Source: Neoechinorhynchus agilis (Eukaryota > Animalia > Acanthocephala). From it: a stretch of DNA of 64,000 nt. This document shows, one piece after another, positions 37,077 to 51,700 of this stretch. Below the pieces are notes generated by a model. It saw only the letters and a program-made list of their open reading frames with translations. It searched no databases and had not been told where the DNA came from. Both the position numbers and the translations under genes were made by a program. Each line of letters starts with the position of its first letter. The stretch's first letter is position 1. The stretch covers positions 18,392,784 to 18,456,783 of the forward strand of contig CM121341.1 of NCBI GenBank assembly GCA_051530055.1, written 5' to 3'.

Positions 37077-38560
37077 CTACGTATTCTTGGACACAATCAC
37101 AGTTAATTTATCCCTTAGGACAGACATTACTCGAATGAAAAACTTCTTAAAGTAGCCAAATCGAAAGCGACTCGTGGCTATAAATTGGGGCTGAGTTTTA
37201 ATGACGTAAGAACTATATGGAAAACTTGGACTATCTCCAGCCGTGTTTTTTCTCCCGAACACAAGCAACTTTTTATTCAAGCGTTTTTCAGGCTCATTAC
37301 CACAAGCCTGGGCTGGATTTCTAAAGGATTTTTGCCTGCGACATTGCGATCGATGGACATCTAACATACACATCTGACACAGATATCCTCCGCCGCTGAT
37401 ACGCTGAATAAATTCTCCTTGTTGTTGCGTTGTGTGTTTTTTTGGCAAATAATGGTAAAGTCCGCGGACTTTCTATATCGGTTAAAATGTCCGTACAAAG
37501 AACCAATGAGATCGATATTGATTGAACGCGACGTGCTTTTGGATATCAAGTCATATGGACGCCAATATTGCTTGCACAACTCAAAATACCGCGCGGACGT
37601 GAGCAAGCATCATTTTGGCAAATAAAACCTCGTTGCGGTTATCACAATTTATTTGCCAAAAATCCATGAATCCTCATGATACTTCTTGTTCAAATTCGAA
37701 CATTACAAACGATGGTCTATCAGAACTTCAAAGCCGAGCGATGCAATGTTCTGCCACACCAGGATTATTCAAGCAAGAAATACCGACTGTGGAAAAGGAA
37801 TTTCGAATATATAATTAAAAAAATCGTCGATTTGAAAGACAAACTTGCCCACATAGGACCAGATGTCTACGAACTCATTTTCGATTGCACTAAGATGTTA
37901 CAATTACCGGTGGGACCCTGTTGTTCAAATGTGTCACTTGCGTCGGGAAATATTGGGAAGAAAACGCTAGGTAAAGTTAAGGCTGATACTCGATACACCG
38001 GGACATGTTTGCTGCAACATCGTCCTAGGATTGACGTTAATTCTACTACACGAATCACCTTGTTTGACGATGTCAAGAAAAGAGCGTGCCATCGAACTCA
38101 ATTTAGAGCCCTTACCCACCCACGGATATGCATCAATGTCGATTGCAGAATGTGATTTCGTACCGTCACTTTCCACTAATCTATTTACAGAATGCAAACC
38201 AATTGCTACAAAGTCTAGATGTTACAATCACAATGATATGATATTCATCAAATCCGAAGTCGATCACATGCTGGCGGAAGGTATTGTCGGAAAATCCAAT
38301 TCACCATGGAGAGCGCAAGTACTCGTTGCAAACGACGAGAACGGGTGGATTTTTCGTAAACGATAAATAGATGTACCTTCCTTGACGCCTACCCTTTAAT
38401 GAAAATAGAAACAATTGCCAATCAAATAGCAAGAAATAATTTTTTCAGTCGCATAAACTTGAAAGACGCTTATTATCAGGTATCAATTCCCTCTCATGAA
38501 CGAAGCTACACTTCGTTCGAGGCGTGTGGCCAACTGTATCGATTTACGCGACGTTTTTGG
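37077..38560 (+). mobile_element. Ty3/Gypsy LTR retrotransposon remnant (protease to RT)
   Basis: SNSPWRAQVLV, FSRINLKDAYYQV..TSFEACGQLYRFTR. Confidence 0.7.
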
Positions 38561-39079
38561 GAAAACATTAAAAGATTTGCCTAAAGGAGTTCCGAGCGTA
38601 GATTCGAAAATAAACAAGAATCTACAGATTCAATGTTCAATTTGCAGGCGAGAAAAGGTCAGAAAAATACATTGCGATTCGCTTTGTCGGCAATGTTTGC
38701 GCTGGTAAAATTAATAAATTAGAAGCGCAAAATGAAAAACACAACAATTTAACTTACGTTGATCTGTGCTAAACCGAATTTATGAAAACTGCAACGCAAG
38801 AATGCAAACCGAAAAACAACGAACCGCAGGATGAGATTTTATTAAATGTTATTGGCCGAAATTAATTTAAACAAGATGGAAATTGGCGGCAATTTCAATC
38901 TAAATGTTTTCCTTCGGTATTCAGAAATACATTGGTGCCAAGCTCATAAATTTCGAAAAGTAGCCACGATTCTGATCACTATAAAACGAAGGATCAAAAG
39001 GAGACACGATGCCAAATAAAAGCCGAACGAATTTAGGCTTTGCGTTCAGATAAAATACAACTTTAGGACAAAAAATAAG

Positions 39080-39476
39080 GTCTTTAATGCCCCTCAGAAG
39101 CGAAAAATACCTTGGACGCGCACACTACCTCACCTCTTGCCACCACCTCTTCAGCTCCCAATATCCTCTTTCCCCCCGAGTTCATCCCGCATGCACAGTT
39201 CCCACCCCTATGGTCCCTACACTCAAATCACTCTTTACTACAGTGTCCACCCACGAATCCCACTACCCCATGGGTCAACTCCCATCCCTTCTCTCTCTAC
39301 GCAGCTTCAACCCTCTCCGTCAATGTCCACCCCTCATGTCCCTTCTAAACATCCCCTTCCAATAATCTTTTATTCTAACATCCGCAGCCTCCTACCCAAA
39401 CTGGATGAGCTCCATATAGTTGCCTCTTCTTGCAACGCCGACATCCTTGTAATTACGGAAACATGGCTCTCACCCC
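39080..39476 (+). mobile_element. CR1/L2-like LINE 5' ORF2 fragment, cut by the duplication breakpoint
   Basis: IFYSNIRSLLPKLDEL..ADILVITETWLSP (APE N-terminus). Confidence 0.75.
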
Positions 39477-40990
39477 AGATCGGACGGAAAAATAAATCCA
39501 TCGCGATCTCGGTCTAAATATGCGAAAACTTCTTTAAGATAATCTCTTTGGTCCATTAGATCGTTCCACGGTGATATTTCAATGGCTTAGTCTCTTCAAA
39601 AGCATAAAATTATACTACTTAAAGCTATGCAATTGCCTTTTATTTGAGACTATAGAATGATAGAAAGGGAAATGAGTTTTACAGAATGTTAATCTAAAAA
39701 TGTCGAAATCCAGCTTGAAAGGCAAATAAAGGATTTTATTTTTACGCATAAGTAGAGTTTCCAAATCATATGATTTATTTTCGTAATTTCGTAAATCGGA
39801 GCCCTATTGGTAGAATTCTTAATATAAAATTGTGAGGATGTAAAGAATATATTTCTTACAAATTTTCACAAATAGCTTCAATTTCGAAATCGTTCGAATT
39901 ATAATTGACCGATTATATGGTTAATAAACAGTCAAAGTTTATCTCCCGTGAAGCATAAAGCCGAAAACTTCCTGGTTCGGAGATCAAAGTAACGATTCTT
40001 TTTTGTTCTTGGATGGTTGTATGAACAGCGTTTAGTTTACTGACGTTATTTTTGCATAGGTGGATATTGAACAAGAGACCGTTCTTCCCATTGCCGAACA
40101 GTTTTTATTCAACTTTCAACTAGGTAACTAACAGATCTCCTCTGTGCTTTGATGTTTTGGGAATAACTTGGTTGCTATTTGTCAGTGGAAATTCTAGAGA
40201 TTGAGCATCATTCGTCTTAGAACAATTGGATTAAAGAGTGAGGTATGAACATAAAATTCTTCAACCTTAAAATCAAACCTGGTGTATCCGAAGAAAAAAT
40301 AAAATCTCGCCTATAAAATCTTCAATTTAGAACCGTTTTTTACTCCATTCGTTTCTGAAGATATTTTGAATTACACTTTCGGTGAGAATAATCCCGGTCA
40401 TTACATATTTTATTTATTCAAAGCACTTGCAAACAATGACTGAAGAGGCGAGGATGCCTCGCGAAATATTTGAATAAATAAAATATGTAATGACCGGGAT
40501 TATTCTCACCGAAAGTGTAATTTTATTATCCCGAAGGACTTTCTATCGATGGATATTTTGAATTGTTGTGTAGTGGCGACAAAAAATTTTGTAAATTTAT
40601 TGAATCGATATTTCAGCTCAATCCAGAGCCTTTATCAAGATTGTTAACGTGCGAATAAAACACTTTAATAATCTTGATGAATGCTCTGGATTGGGCCGAA
40701 ATATCGATTCGATAAATTTACCAAATTTTTGTCGCCACTGCACAACAATCATGAGCAGTTTCATTTTTCAAGATATTTTGAATTTCAAACAATTATTCCC
40801 GTTCTCATAAAAGTAAAAGCAGATTTTTTAGTTAAATATCGAGCAGCACTTTGTGTCTCGAGGCTAAAAAGTATTGGTTATCGATAGTCTGATTATGTGT
40901 GTGTTTTAGAGGGTACTTTGGTAAGTTCAAGTGGACTTTAAGGTCCCTTTGATTTAGAAAGTTTTTATATATTTTTTAAGGAAGACGACC

Positions 40991-41677
40991 CTACACGTCT
41001 TTAAAATACTCAAGCGATCCCTTTGGATCAGGTTTGATTGTTCTTTTATTCTTATCTTCCGACCAATTTGCAGGACATACCTCACCATGCGTTTCTACAA
41101 ATTGAAACGCTTTGACAATTCTTAGAACCTCATCCACACTGCGTCCAACGGGAAGATCGTTAATGGTGATATGGCGAATGACTGACGTTGGATCAATCAC
41201 AAACAAACCTCTTAGAGCAATTCCATCGGTATCGAGTAGAACACCGTAGTCCCGTGAAATGGACTTGTTAAAGTCTGATAGAAGCGGGTACTCTAATTGA
41301 CCGACACCGCCCTGTTTTTCACTGAGATTTGTCCATGCCAAATGCGAAAAATGAGAATCGGTACTGACGCCAACCACTTCAGCGTTGATGTCCTTAAATT
41401 CGTTTAATCGCCTATTAAAGGCCACTAACTCAGTCGGACAAACAAACGTGAAATCAAGAGGATAAAAAAATAAGACCAAGTATTTGCCTTGGTAATCACT
41501 CAATGCAATCTCCTTAAATTCACCATTAAGAACAGCCTTTCCGGCGAAACTCGGAGCTGGATGACGCACTTGGGCGTAGAGGCGAGATGGAGTGGCCGAG
41601 AATGGTCTCCAGTTCCTTAAGATGGATGCAGTGGTGAAATGCGATCCAATTAATCGACTGGCAAGATGGGATAGCAT
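40991..41677 (-). CDS. PRDX3: 2-Cys peroxiredoxin, mitochondrial type, intact and intronless
   Basis: Continuous [28 protein letters not shown]. Confidence 0.92.
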   Translation of the reverse strand: MLSHLASRLIGSHFTTASILRNWRPFSATPSRLYAQVRHPAPSFAGKAVLNGEFKEIALSDYQGKYLVLFFYPLDFTFVCPTELVAFNRRLNEFKDINAEVVGVSTDSHFSHLAWTNLSEKQGGVGQLEYPLLSDFNKSISRDYGVLLDTDGIALRGLFVIDPTSVIRHITINDLPVGRSVDEVLRIVKAFQFVETHGEVCPANWSEDKNKRTIKPDPKGSLEYFKDV

Positions 41678-44600
41678 TGAACAAACTTTAATATATCTGT
41701 AAAGAAGTTGTTCATTTGTATATGTGTTCTTTTTAGTGATGAGAGGAATAGATATTGATCTAAATATTTCGTCCGTCTCTTCAGACTTCCTCATTTTGGC
41801 ATTATCCGGAGTTTTAGACTATAATCGGCCTTATTTGATGTTTACGTGTTTTATTCGCACTTGAAGTGAGGCGAACGAAATATTGAGGACAATAAACCGA
41901 TACCCATTCTTCCCGTTAATTATATCCAAAAATGAGACAAAGTGAGCGGAAACCACACAGAAATCAATCGAAATTTCTTCACTTACGGATGCGGAGGCGT
42001 ATACAACAGTCGAAGCAGTTCTTCTGTGTCACGACGTAGATATTAAAAAGTTCGTCCTGATCGCTTTAAAGAAATGGCCTGTGAAACGAGGGACTCCAAA
42101 AATATGTTCATCAAATATTCAGTAAACGGAAATAGCCCGATAGTGATGGCAGAATTTCCATAATAAAAACTACAAGAAAATCAGATTTTTTAAGACTGCC
42201 TTAAAATTGTATGTGAATTAGACGGGGGGATAAGTCTTACTTTGCCAACCAAAATATAGCGGCCTTCCTATTCTCTCAAATAGATGAGGTTCTATTTAAG
42301 GAAGATGTATTTGAATAACCTTATCACATAGCCGACGATCTCATCAGTCAATCACCATTCGACCCTCTCGTTAACGTCTAACGAAATCGCGCACATAAAT
42401 GATTTCTGCACCAATCACAAACTCTATCTAAATTTCTCTAAATGCTTCGAGATGATCCCCTCAATCTCCCGCAACCCCATATCCTACACGGATGTTCCAA
42501 ATGACATCCGACGAGTCACCTCTTTCAGAATTCTGGGTATCCAATTTCAATCAAACTTGAAATGGGACTCGCACATCACTCTCTCCATCTTACGCAATAC
42601 CTTTAAAATTTACCACCTCAAACGCCTCCGCCATTTAGGAATCCTTTCGCCCGATCTCTCCAAATTTTATTACAGCTTTATTTTTCCCTCCCTTGCCTAC
42701 GACTATTTCGTCTTTGGCAAACTGTCCAAATCGAAAACCCGTCGCATTGAAACGTTTCAGCACAGTTGATTTTCCTCCTGCTCACCGAATACATCTATAA
42801 ATGTTTCAGGAAACAATCAAAGCGCCTCTCAACACTACCACCATAATTTTTACAACATTTTATAACCCTTTTTACATGAGGACAACATTCGTAATTCCAA
42901 TTCATTTCATCCTCCTAAATCTCGCACATCTCTCTACCTTCGCTCCTTTCCCAACTGCCCCACCAGAACGGACGTACAGAAATTGGATAGACCCTCACGA
43001 ACTGATTTCCGAGCACCAACTACCGAATATTCCCACCCATCTACGGCAAACAATGAATATGTTTATTAAGAAGCTGAAAGGAGCTTATTTTATAATGTTT
43101 TGGCGGAATGCTAAGGCGCCCCTTGGATTTCTCTTTTAATCAACAATTTACGCATTACAAATCTAAATTCTTAAAAGGGAAGAAAACACTCATTTTAATA
43201 ATCTATGGGAAACATGCGAGTAAGTTAAACATTGAGCCCTATCGGCAATAATAATAGGTGGAATTTATTGATTCCGAAATTTCGGCACAATCGTAATCTT
43301 AGTAGGGCACAAGATTGTGCCGAAATATTGGAATAAATAAATTCTCTTAAATTTTATGCAAGATACAAACATGAACAATCGAATCGTCAAACAAATAATA
43401 ATAGGACTTATTGAGAAACAAAATGCCTCCAATGTGCGATACTCAGATATATGCTTTTATTCTTTAGACCAGGATTTGTTTCATTGTCCATTTCGCTTTT
43501 AATGTGAAAGACCCAAAGTACTATTTTCTTACTTGTTCAATTAGGAGTCACAGTTCCTGCTGGAGCCGAGGCGGCCGTGCATACAGCACGAGCGTATGGT
43601 CGGAAGTGTATCCATAAGGGAACGGCTATGGTCGAGCGTGACATGGAGAACGCGTTCAATTCAATATGCCGCACCGCGATGACAGAGGTTGTCCACCAGC
43701 ATCTACCAGAAATCTACCAGTACGTGTCTTTGTGCTACGACCAGTCCAGCATGCTGCTGTTCGGCGAGTTCCAGGTCGAATCAGCAGAGGTTGTTCAACA
43801 AGGTGATCCTCTAGGTCCTCTGCTGTTCGCAATGACGATCAATTATCTTGCCCACAGCTCTTCGTCAGAGTTATCGATCTGGTACCTTGACGACTGTTGC
43901 ATCGGAGGGGAGATCGACCAGCTCATCCGCGACATCAAAAACATCTCCGAAATGGGTACTGATATGGGACTATTCCTGAGAACGGACAAATGCGAAATAA
44001 TTTCGGACGACCAAGAGGAGGCATCGAGACTGCTCACCGTACTACCCGGAGCAAAAACAACTGCAATTGACTCAGCCGACATTCTCGGGTCTCTAATCGG
44101 TAACCTGTCCAACCTGGAAACGTTCCCCTCAAAAGCCATCGATCAATTGCGGCTCACTGCCTCCAGGCTCTTGCACATCGCGCGACACGACGCTCTGTTA
44201 TTACTAGGACGATGTCTGTCGCTACCGAAGATTGCGTACCTTCTAAGGACTTCATGCTTCAAGTCAGTACTCACTAGGGATTTCGACAACTGCGTTCGAT
44301 CAACCCTGTCAGAAGTTCTTATCCTACGACTGTCCGACACAGCATGGAAACAGGCGATCCTACCTATTCGATTCGGCGGTCTTGGCACTCTGAGTGCCAC
44401 CGAAGTAGCAATTCCTGCTTTTTCGTCATCGATTTCGGTCTCTTCAGACCTGGTGCTGAGAATCATCCCACCACACACTCGACTAGAGTCGCATCCACCA
44501 CCTGAACTGATTGAAGCGCACGCTTAATGGACATCAGTGTTCGGGCAGGTCGTTCCAACGGAAACAAACTCCCAAAAACGTTGGACTGTCCTGCCCCACA

Positions 44601-45164
44601 CTGCATATTCTCAGCACCTTCTCTACTCATGCTCATCTCCCACCGATAGAGCTCGTCTCCTGGCAGTCTCAGCTCCACACTCCAGCGACTTCTTGAAGGC
44701 TTTCCCGATCACGGCTGTTGGCACAAGGCTGGATGACCAAGCCATCACCGTCGCTGTGGGACTTCGATTGGGCATCGAATTCTCTTTATTTTGAAACATA
44801 CATTCCAAATTTCCCATGGTTTCGCCGAACACTGAAAAACTGAATCTAACAAAAGTTAAGTAGGTCTATTCTTGAAAAAATTAGGTGTCAAAGCAAAATG
44901 TGACCACTAAGAAAGTTCCAGTGTGTTTAATACGGTAAAATTTTTTAATCCTTCTGTTGTATCCGATCTCCATCAGAGCTCAAATTTAGCAATTCTCAAA
45001 AAAACGCGTGTATTACCAACATTATTGAACAAATAAAAATTCACTCTACGAAGCATTTATTTATGAACGTAATTGAAAGAAAAAATCAATTCCCGACAAA
45101 ATATTTGAAGTGCATAACAAGCGCTTCCTGGCTACAGTGCGTTTATAAAGGTCATATTTGGCTC

Positions 45165-45521
<357 letters not shown>

Positions 45522-46800
45522 TAGGAGGAAATTCCATCTAGTTGCAAAATTTATCTAAATTGCAGTAATTGGAATGTTTATTCGTAAATTTAGAGAATAT
45601 TTTTAGATGTACTATGTTTTTGGATGGTTTAAAAACTGGTTTTGCGAAGAAACGTAGGTTTCGAAGTTGGCTACTCCAAACGTTCAAAAATTTAATTGTT
45701 CATGTTTGTTTATGGCGGCAAAATTAAGGGAATTAAACGTCGATAATGGATATTGTAGAGACTGTAATTCATTAAATGTCGCTATCCTGTACATTAAATT
45801 AAAGTCTAACTGTTAAAGTGCGGCACGTGTCCTAATATTCGCTACTTTATGGTGAGTTTTAGGTCTTCGATCTTCAATTTTGCAACATTAATTTGGTAAA
45901 TTTGCTAGTGTAATCTCGTGTACTATCTTTAATAACTTTTAAATGTTTCATATTGAATTTAAAGTAGAGATTAAAAATGGTCAAAATGTCTAAACTTTTT
46001 GTGTAGTCTTATAAGACAATGTCCATTGTGAATTCCGCAATATGCATTTAAAGACTCTACAAACACCAAAAGCTTGCAGCAGTGCCACTTATGGCCCCTT
46101 AGATTCATCGCGTCATAAACTCAATTGATTCTAATTAAAAATGGCTTAAACGGTTTCACGTCCTACATATTTGTGCGGCGATCTAGAAATTGTTACGAAT
46201 GATACTTGTATCCTTTAGTCATGAATTCTTTTTTTATTGGTTTTTATATTGCGTAGTCTTTAGGGGTGCCTTGAAGTCTAAGCAAATGTTTTTGTATTTG
46301 TCGTAAACACTTTATTGGATTTTTTAAGTAACATTAGTCGCGAGACTTCACGCACCTTATAACTACCGGAATTCATAAAACCAAGCCGATAATCAAAACA
46401 ACGCAAACTAAAATCACGGAATCTAAGATGCAAGGAGATAAATCGACTAATATTCCACCCACATTAATCCACGATCTCCTAAGTGTTGTTCGATTCTTTA
46501 TTAAACAATATGGAAACGTCAACATTGCTCCAAAAATCCAAATGACCTTCGACATGAATGCATATGGAGTTCCTGAGGTTTTCACCGCCTTAAAGGGTCA
46601 TGTAAAGTCTCTCCGCGAAAATACGGTTAGATTTATAGTGCCCTTAAAATTCCCTTTTGATCTAGATCCGGATAAGGTTAGTTTTGTAGTTTGCTTAAGT
46701 ATGAATGCTGCATGGAAAAAATCGGGCGAATCGCATATCATAATTCCTCTAATAAAAATTTCTACAGTCAACTTTCTGTAACTGTAGAAGCTTTTGAATA

Positions 46801-47406
46801 ATGGCATACACGGTATTAGAACCGGTGTCCTTAACGGAAGTAGGAAACGGAGAGCGCCCAATTCTAATAGTTGCTGAACGATCACTTTATGATCAAATCA
46901 ATGATGCCCCAACTGGGTGGAAACAAAAAGGTATAATAGGCGTTTCGAAGGAATATTATTCTCTAATATCAAAAAAATATACTGATTCGAGGCAAGCAAT
47001 AAAAATCGACGATAAATGTGATCAGAAATTCTTTTCAAAATTTTCAATAGATTTACCCGAATTAGCTTCAAAATACTATAGAATTGAATCGCTAAAAATT
47101 GAAAAAACTACGATTGATAACTCCTATGCCGTATTTTATGCTATTTCACTCGATGGAATGAGAAAGAGATACATAGTCTCTTGTCATTTCTGTGATCGAA
47201 ACGCGGATTTCGCTTCACTAAAACAGCGATTGCTCTATCAAAGGTGGTATCGGACAAGATGCAGTGCTCTGGTACCCAATGTTTTAAATGATGCCGACGG
47301 AAACGTTCTTAGAGTGCACACGATGAACTTCGAAGAAAATTATATGGATTTCCTCTATTATATATCGGAAAATCATTTCAATTGTACCGTTACTTTAGCT
47401 GAGTAA
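46801..47406 (+). CDS. Hypothetical 201-aa protein, intronless
   Basis: Intact ORF with ATG start, 19 nt downstream of the 117-aa ORF; no family recognised. Confidence 0.55.
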   Translation: MAYTVLEPVSLTEVGNGERPILIVAERSLYDQINDAPTGWKQKGIIGVSKEYYSLISKKYTDSRQAIKIDDKCDQKFFSKFSIDLPELASKYYRIESLKIEKTTIDNSYAVFYAISLDGMRKRYIVSCHFCDRNADFASLKQRLLYQRWYRTRCSALVPNVLNDADGNVLRVHTMNFEENYMDFLYYISENHFNCTVTLAE

Positions 47407-47954
47407 GCATCACGGTTGTCGTAATGAACGCATTGGAAGGAGGGTTCCAAAATAATCACTTCATATTGTCTTCTTTATGTTCGAAGAAAGTACACCTCTC
47501 AATAATTGATCTTGCCAATGGTAACATCCTTAAATGCTAATTTTGATTTAAATGTGACGAACCAGATGGAAATAAAGGGTTAATATTTGCATTAAACCAA
47601 CAAAATTGACTTTAATTGCCAAAATCTTTACTTTCAAAATTTTTTAACATTTAAAATCACTTTCATTTAGATTTATCTGGTACTCTAAGGATATGGGTGC
47701 TGAAACTCTTAATATTTCAAGAAAAGAGAAAAACGAGCTGGTTTTATAATCAACATTTTAACTTTGTAAAATAGACGCGTGCAACTATTAATCGCGCATG
47801 AATGTATATTTTATAAGACATTGCATACAAAAATGAATTAATATAAATATCATGGGAATATTTAGCCATTTATTTCTCAAATACTAATAGCGAAGAGCAT
47901 TCCACCGTTTCATTCGGTATTTTACATGTTTTATTTGACGATGAATTAGTTACT

Positions 47955-48768
47955 CTTTTCTTAATCGCCTTTACATGGGTGAGATTAATTTTTGTTACTT
48001 TCTATTTGGTTACTTTTCTTTACATTCACCACCTCCCACAAAATTCCAGCTTTTGTCCTTCCTCGACCGTCGCCATCACGCTGGCAGCATTGCCCCGTTG
48101 TACTGCCAGCGAGATATTTTGTCGAAGAAATAAGCCTGCTCTTGAGTCTCCGGTTGCCTCTCTCAATTTCTTCGAGAGATCCTTGAGCAGAGAGAGTGCC
48201 GAGCTGCCGAGCGCTCCATACGTCTCTACCCCAAAGGGGACAAAATAGTGAGCCCTCGATAGCTGCATATATTTTCGTACCTTCCTCAATTCCGCTGCAC
48301 TGGCGGCACCACCGGCGATTTCGAGCGAGTAGGGGATGTTGCTGGCTGCGAGGGTGTCCACACACGTGGCGTCCCAGAGAAGGCATTTGCCCTCCCGCCA
48401 CGGGAAGACCGAAATTCCATCGGGCCTACGGCCGTCTAGTCTGCAGAGGTGGGCGGGTTCCAGGATGTTCGGGAAGTCCACCAATATTCTCATATCTGCT
48501 AAGGAATCGAATCCGGACATTTCTGATGTCGAAAATCTCATTTTATTCAATTTTAACGATGCAATCTACACATTATACGTTTGTGACCTTGCGAACACTT
48601 TATTCCGCGTCGTATGCTCAAGTAATCAAGACAGGGCAATGATTCGGGCATTCCTCGAGTCCTATATGCACATGTTTCGTCTGGACCGTAGCGAATTTGT
48701 AGTTCTTTTCAACGCAACTCTGGCAACGGGATGCGCCGCAATATCAGATAAGTTAAAGGATTGGAAAC
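47955..48768 (-). mobile_element. Chimeric insertion: inverted CRE 3' end (47955-48477) plus ~290 bp copied from the downstream kinase-like gene
   Basis: Flanked by AGTTACT direct repeat (47948-47954, 48769-48775); 48477-48769 matches 49348-49640; absent from copy 1. Confidence 0.85.
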
Positions 48769-51700
48769 AGTTACTTAACTTTGATTTGATTCAGCGTTGT
48801 AATTTTTAGGGTATCATCTAAAATTGAGTCGAATTAGAACATCAAAGCACCATATTTAGGAATAGTGATAGCGATCGAGTCCACTCGTAAAGTATTCGTT
48901 TTATTTTCCACATCATATGCTTTTATTGGGAGCGTTAAACTGCGAACAATGATTGTTCATTACGCTCGTGACGTTACTGTTTAACTGGAGACCGAAAATC
49001 ACTCGCTTTTCTTAGCAAAGAATGTGAAAGTCTCGGCTTATTACTTGGAGAGTTCCATCAGCATTCATGCTACCGTGTTCAACTCAATGCAAATCAAGAC
49101 GGTACCTGCAGTCGATGGTTAGTGGATACGTTTGCAAAAAGGTTCACCACGTGGGGCTTTACTCAAACAGTGAATCCATTTGCGATTTACACTAAATAAA
49201 GACATCGATAATCTCTACTCATCTATTGCAAAAAAAGCACCTCCTCAAATGTTGGAATTGATGGTTTCGTGTATTGAGGCCCTAAGGTTTGCGATCATTA
49301 CTCACGCCAAGCGATTACGAAAGGGTTGGTGTCATTGGAATGTCAAATCCACCAATATTCTCATATCTGCTAAGGAATCGAATCCGGACATTTCTGATGT
49401 CGAAAATCTCATTTTATTCAATTTTAACGATGCAATCTACACATTATACGTTTGTGACCTTGCGAACACTTTATTCCGCGTCGTATGCTCAAGTAATCAA
49501 GACAGGGCAATGATTCGGGCATTCCTCGAGTCCTATATGCACATGTTTCGTCTGGACCGTAGCGAATTTGTAGTTCTTTTCAACGCAACTCTGGCAATGG
49601 GATGCGCCGCAATATCAGATAAGTTAAAGGATTGGAAACAAACGAGCGCTCTTCAGGCCAATGAACACGCTCAGCAGATCAAACAAGCCTACGATGCGTT
49701 GGAGTTTTGCGCTACGGATGATTGGTTCATCAACTTCGTGCGTCCGTTAGATAAGCAACAGTGAGAAGACGTCTGAGAAATAACTAGTATAATAATCGTA
49801 ACTGGTCTTTTAACTATTGAAATGTCTTTGTCTTTCGATTAATAAAAATCAGTCAAAGGGTAAATCTTTATGAAGATAATAAATACAATTAAATTGCGTT
49901 CCTTAATCCTTAAGTACTTTTGGATTTTACGAAGTTGTTATGTAGGTTATATTCCAATTTTGTTTTACTTTTCTTCGCTCAAGCGATTAACCAAATCATC
50001 TATTTTTGGGTTTGAGCTACATATTTCCCACTTTGTGTTTTAATTTTGTCGCTTTTTCACGTTGCTTATGTTTCGCACGAATTTCTTTGATTTACAAATA
50101 CTTAAAAGTTACTGGCAAGCCGCTTCTATTGATTCAGATTATTACATCCCTTCCTCGGCTTTTTGCCTTTCCTTCTTGAAAAAAAATTATTCGGTAAAGG
50201 TAAACCATGGATCGAACGCTGTCGCTGAATAACTGAAGCAACATTCTATACTAGTTACTATCCGTTTTTGGAAGTCATAATCCGATCCACTGCATGGATT
50301 TGTTGGCCCAGTCTGCTGAGGAAATCCACTCAAAGGGTAGCCTCGACAGGATTTTCAAGAATACACGGCATCCTTCTTGGCATGAAACCTGTGATATTAA
50401 TTAGGTGTGTAAATATCGATCAGCTCAACGAGCGTTATTTCGATCCACTATCTCGGATCTTCTTCAGCGATCTAAAACACATATAACAGGGATTCTCAAT
50501 TCACGCGTCACATAACATCCGGTGGGTGTCGCATCCTTAATTTGAAATCAGGTTTATTGCCCTCGAACGTTTCGAACCTATTGCAAACTAGTGTTGTAGC
50601 GGCACTAAAATCAATAGTGTGCCCCGTGTTTTTTGCATGGGCCACCACTGCGGAACTAATATCCGTGTTGAGAACAACTGATGATTCGTGCTCCTTCAAC
50701 CGTCTGGTGAAATTGTTGGTCTGCCCCACATAAACCTGTTCGCAACCGGAGCACGGAATTTTGTAGACCGGATGAACTCCATAGCAAGATACGAATGATC
50801 ATCAGGGAATGGCAGTTCAACGTAGATCTCTTCCTTTTTAGACTTTGTCTCCCCATTGAAGGTATGACGCACATTCCGAATGCACCGTTCGACAAGATGG
50901 AGAGGATAACCATATCGACCTGATATGTACTTTAGGTAATCAATCTCCTCGTTACACAACTTAACGTTGCTACAATGTGTAAGAGCACGATGGATGAGTG
51001 ACCTAATCCTCGAATTTTTTTTGTATTTGCGAGGTTGGGCTGATGTCCATGGCACAAGGCCCACTGGTATACCTCTCTTTCGGTACACCCTGGTCGTGTA
51101 GTTTCCACTGGCTAATCGGTATATCCACACATCCAGGAACGGAAACTTACCATGGTCCTCCTCGATCGTCCACTGAATATTGTCGTTCCTTCAGTATACG
51201 CCGTTGCGTTGTGTTCTTTTTTTCCAAGAGGGTAAAAGTGTATATAATACATCTCAACTTTTCAATTTCTTACCTCAATTTGACTCTCCTGAATACGTTT
51301 CTTTTATCTCTGCTCCATTCAGCCCATCGTCACAAGGTCTAATTTCTGTCTTCCACACATCTCTTGATCCATCTTTAATATCTACGTTTATTTCGAATGA
51401 GCTGTCTTATTCCCTTCTTAAATTTTTCTTCGAGCGCCGGCGTTTCACTGTTGCCAGTCTGTACATACGACCCAGCTTTATACATCGCCCGGCTGTTAAA
51501 AATATTGTGAAATGCCTTCTCCATTCTAACATTGATTTCATTGCTGGCGATTTCAATGACCCTTCGGCGAGGTGGTCCAAGGCCATAGTAAACTCGGTCA
51601 AACCTCGATATGAACTCTCGACATCTCTTACTCCGTCCTATCACAATATAACGAAAAATATCCACTCATTCTTAGACCTTATAGAAAATGTTTGAATTTG

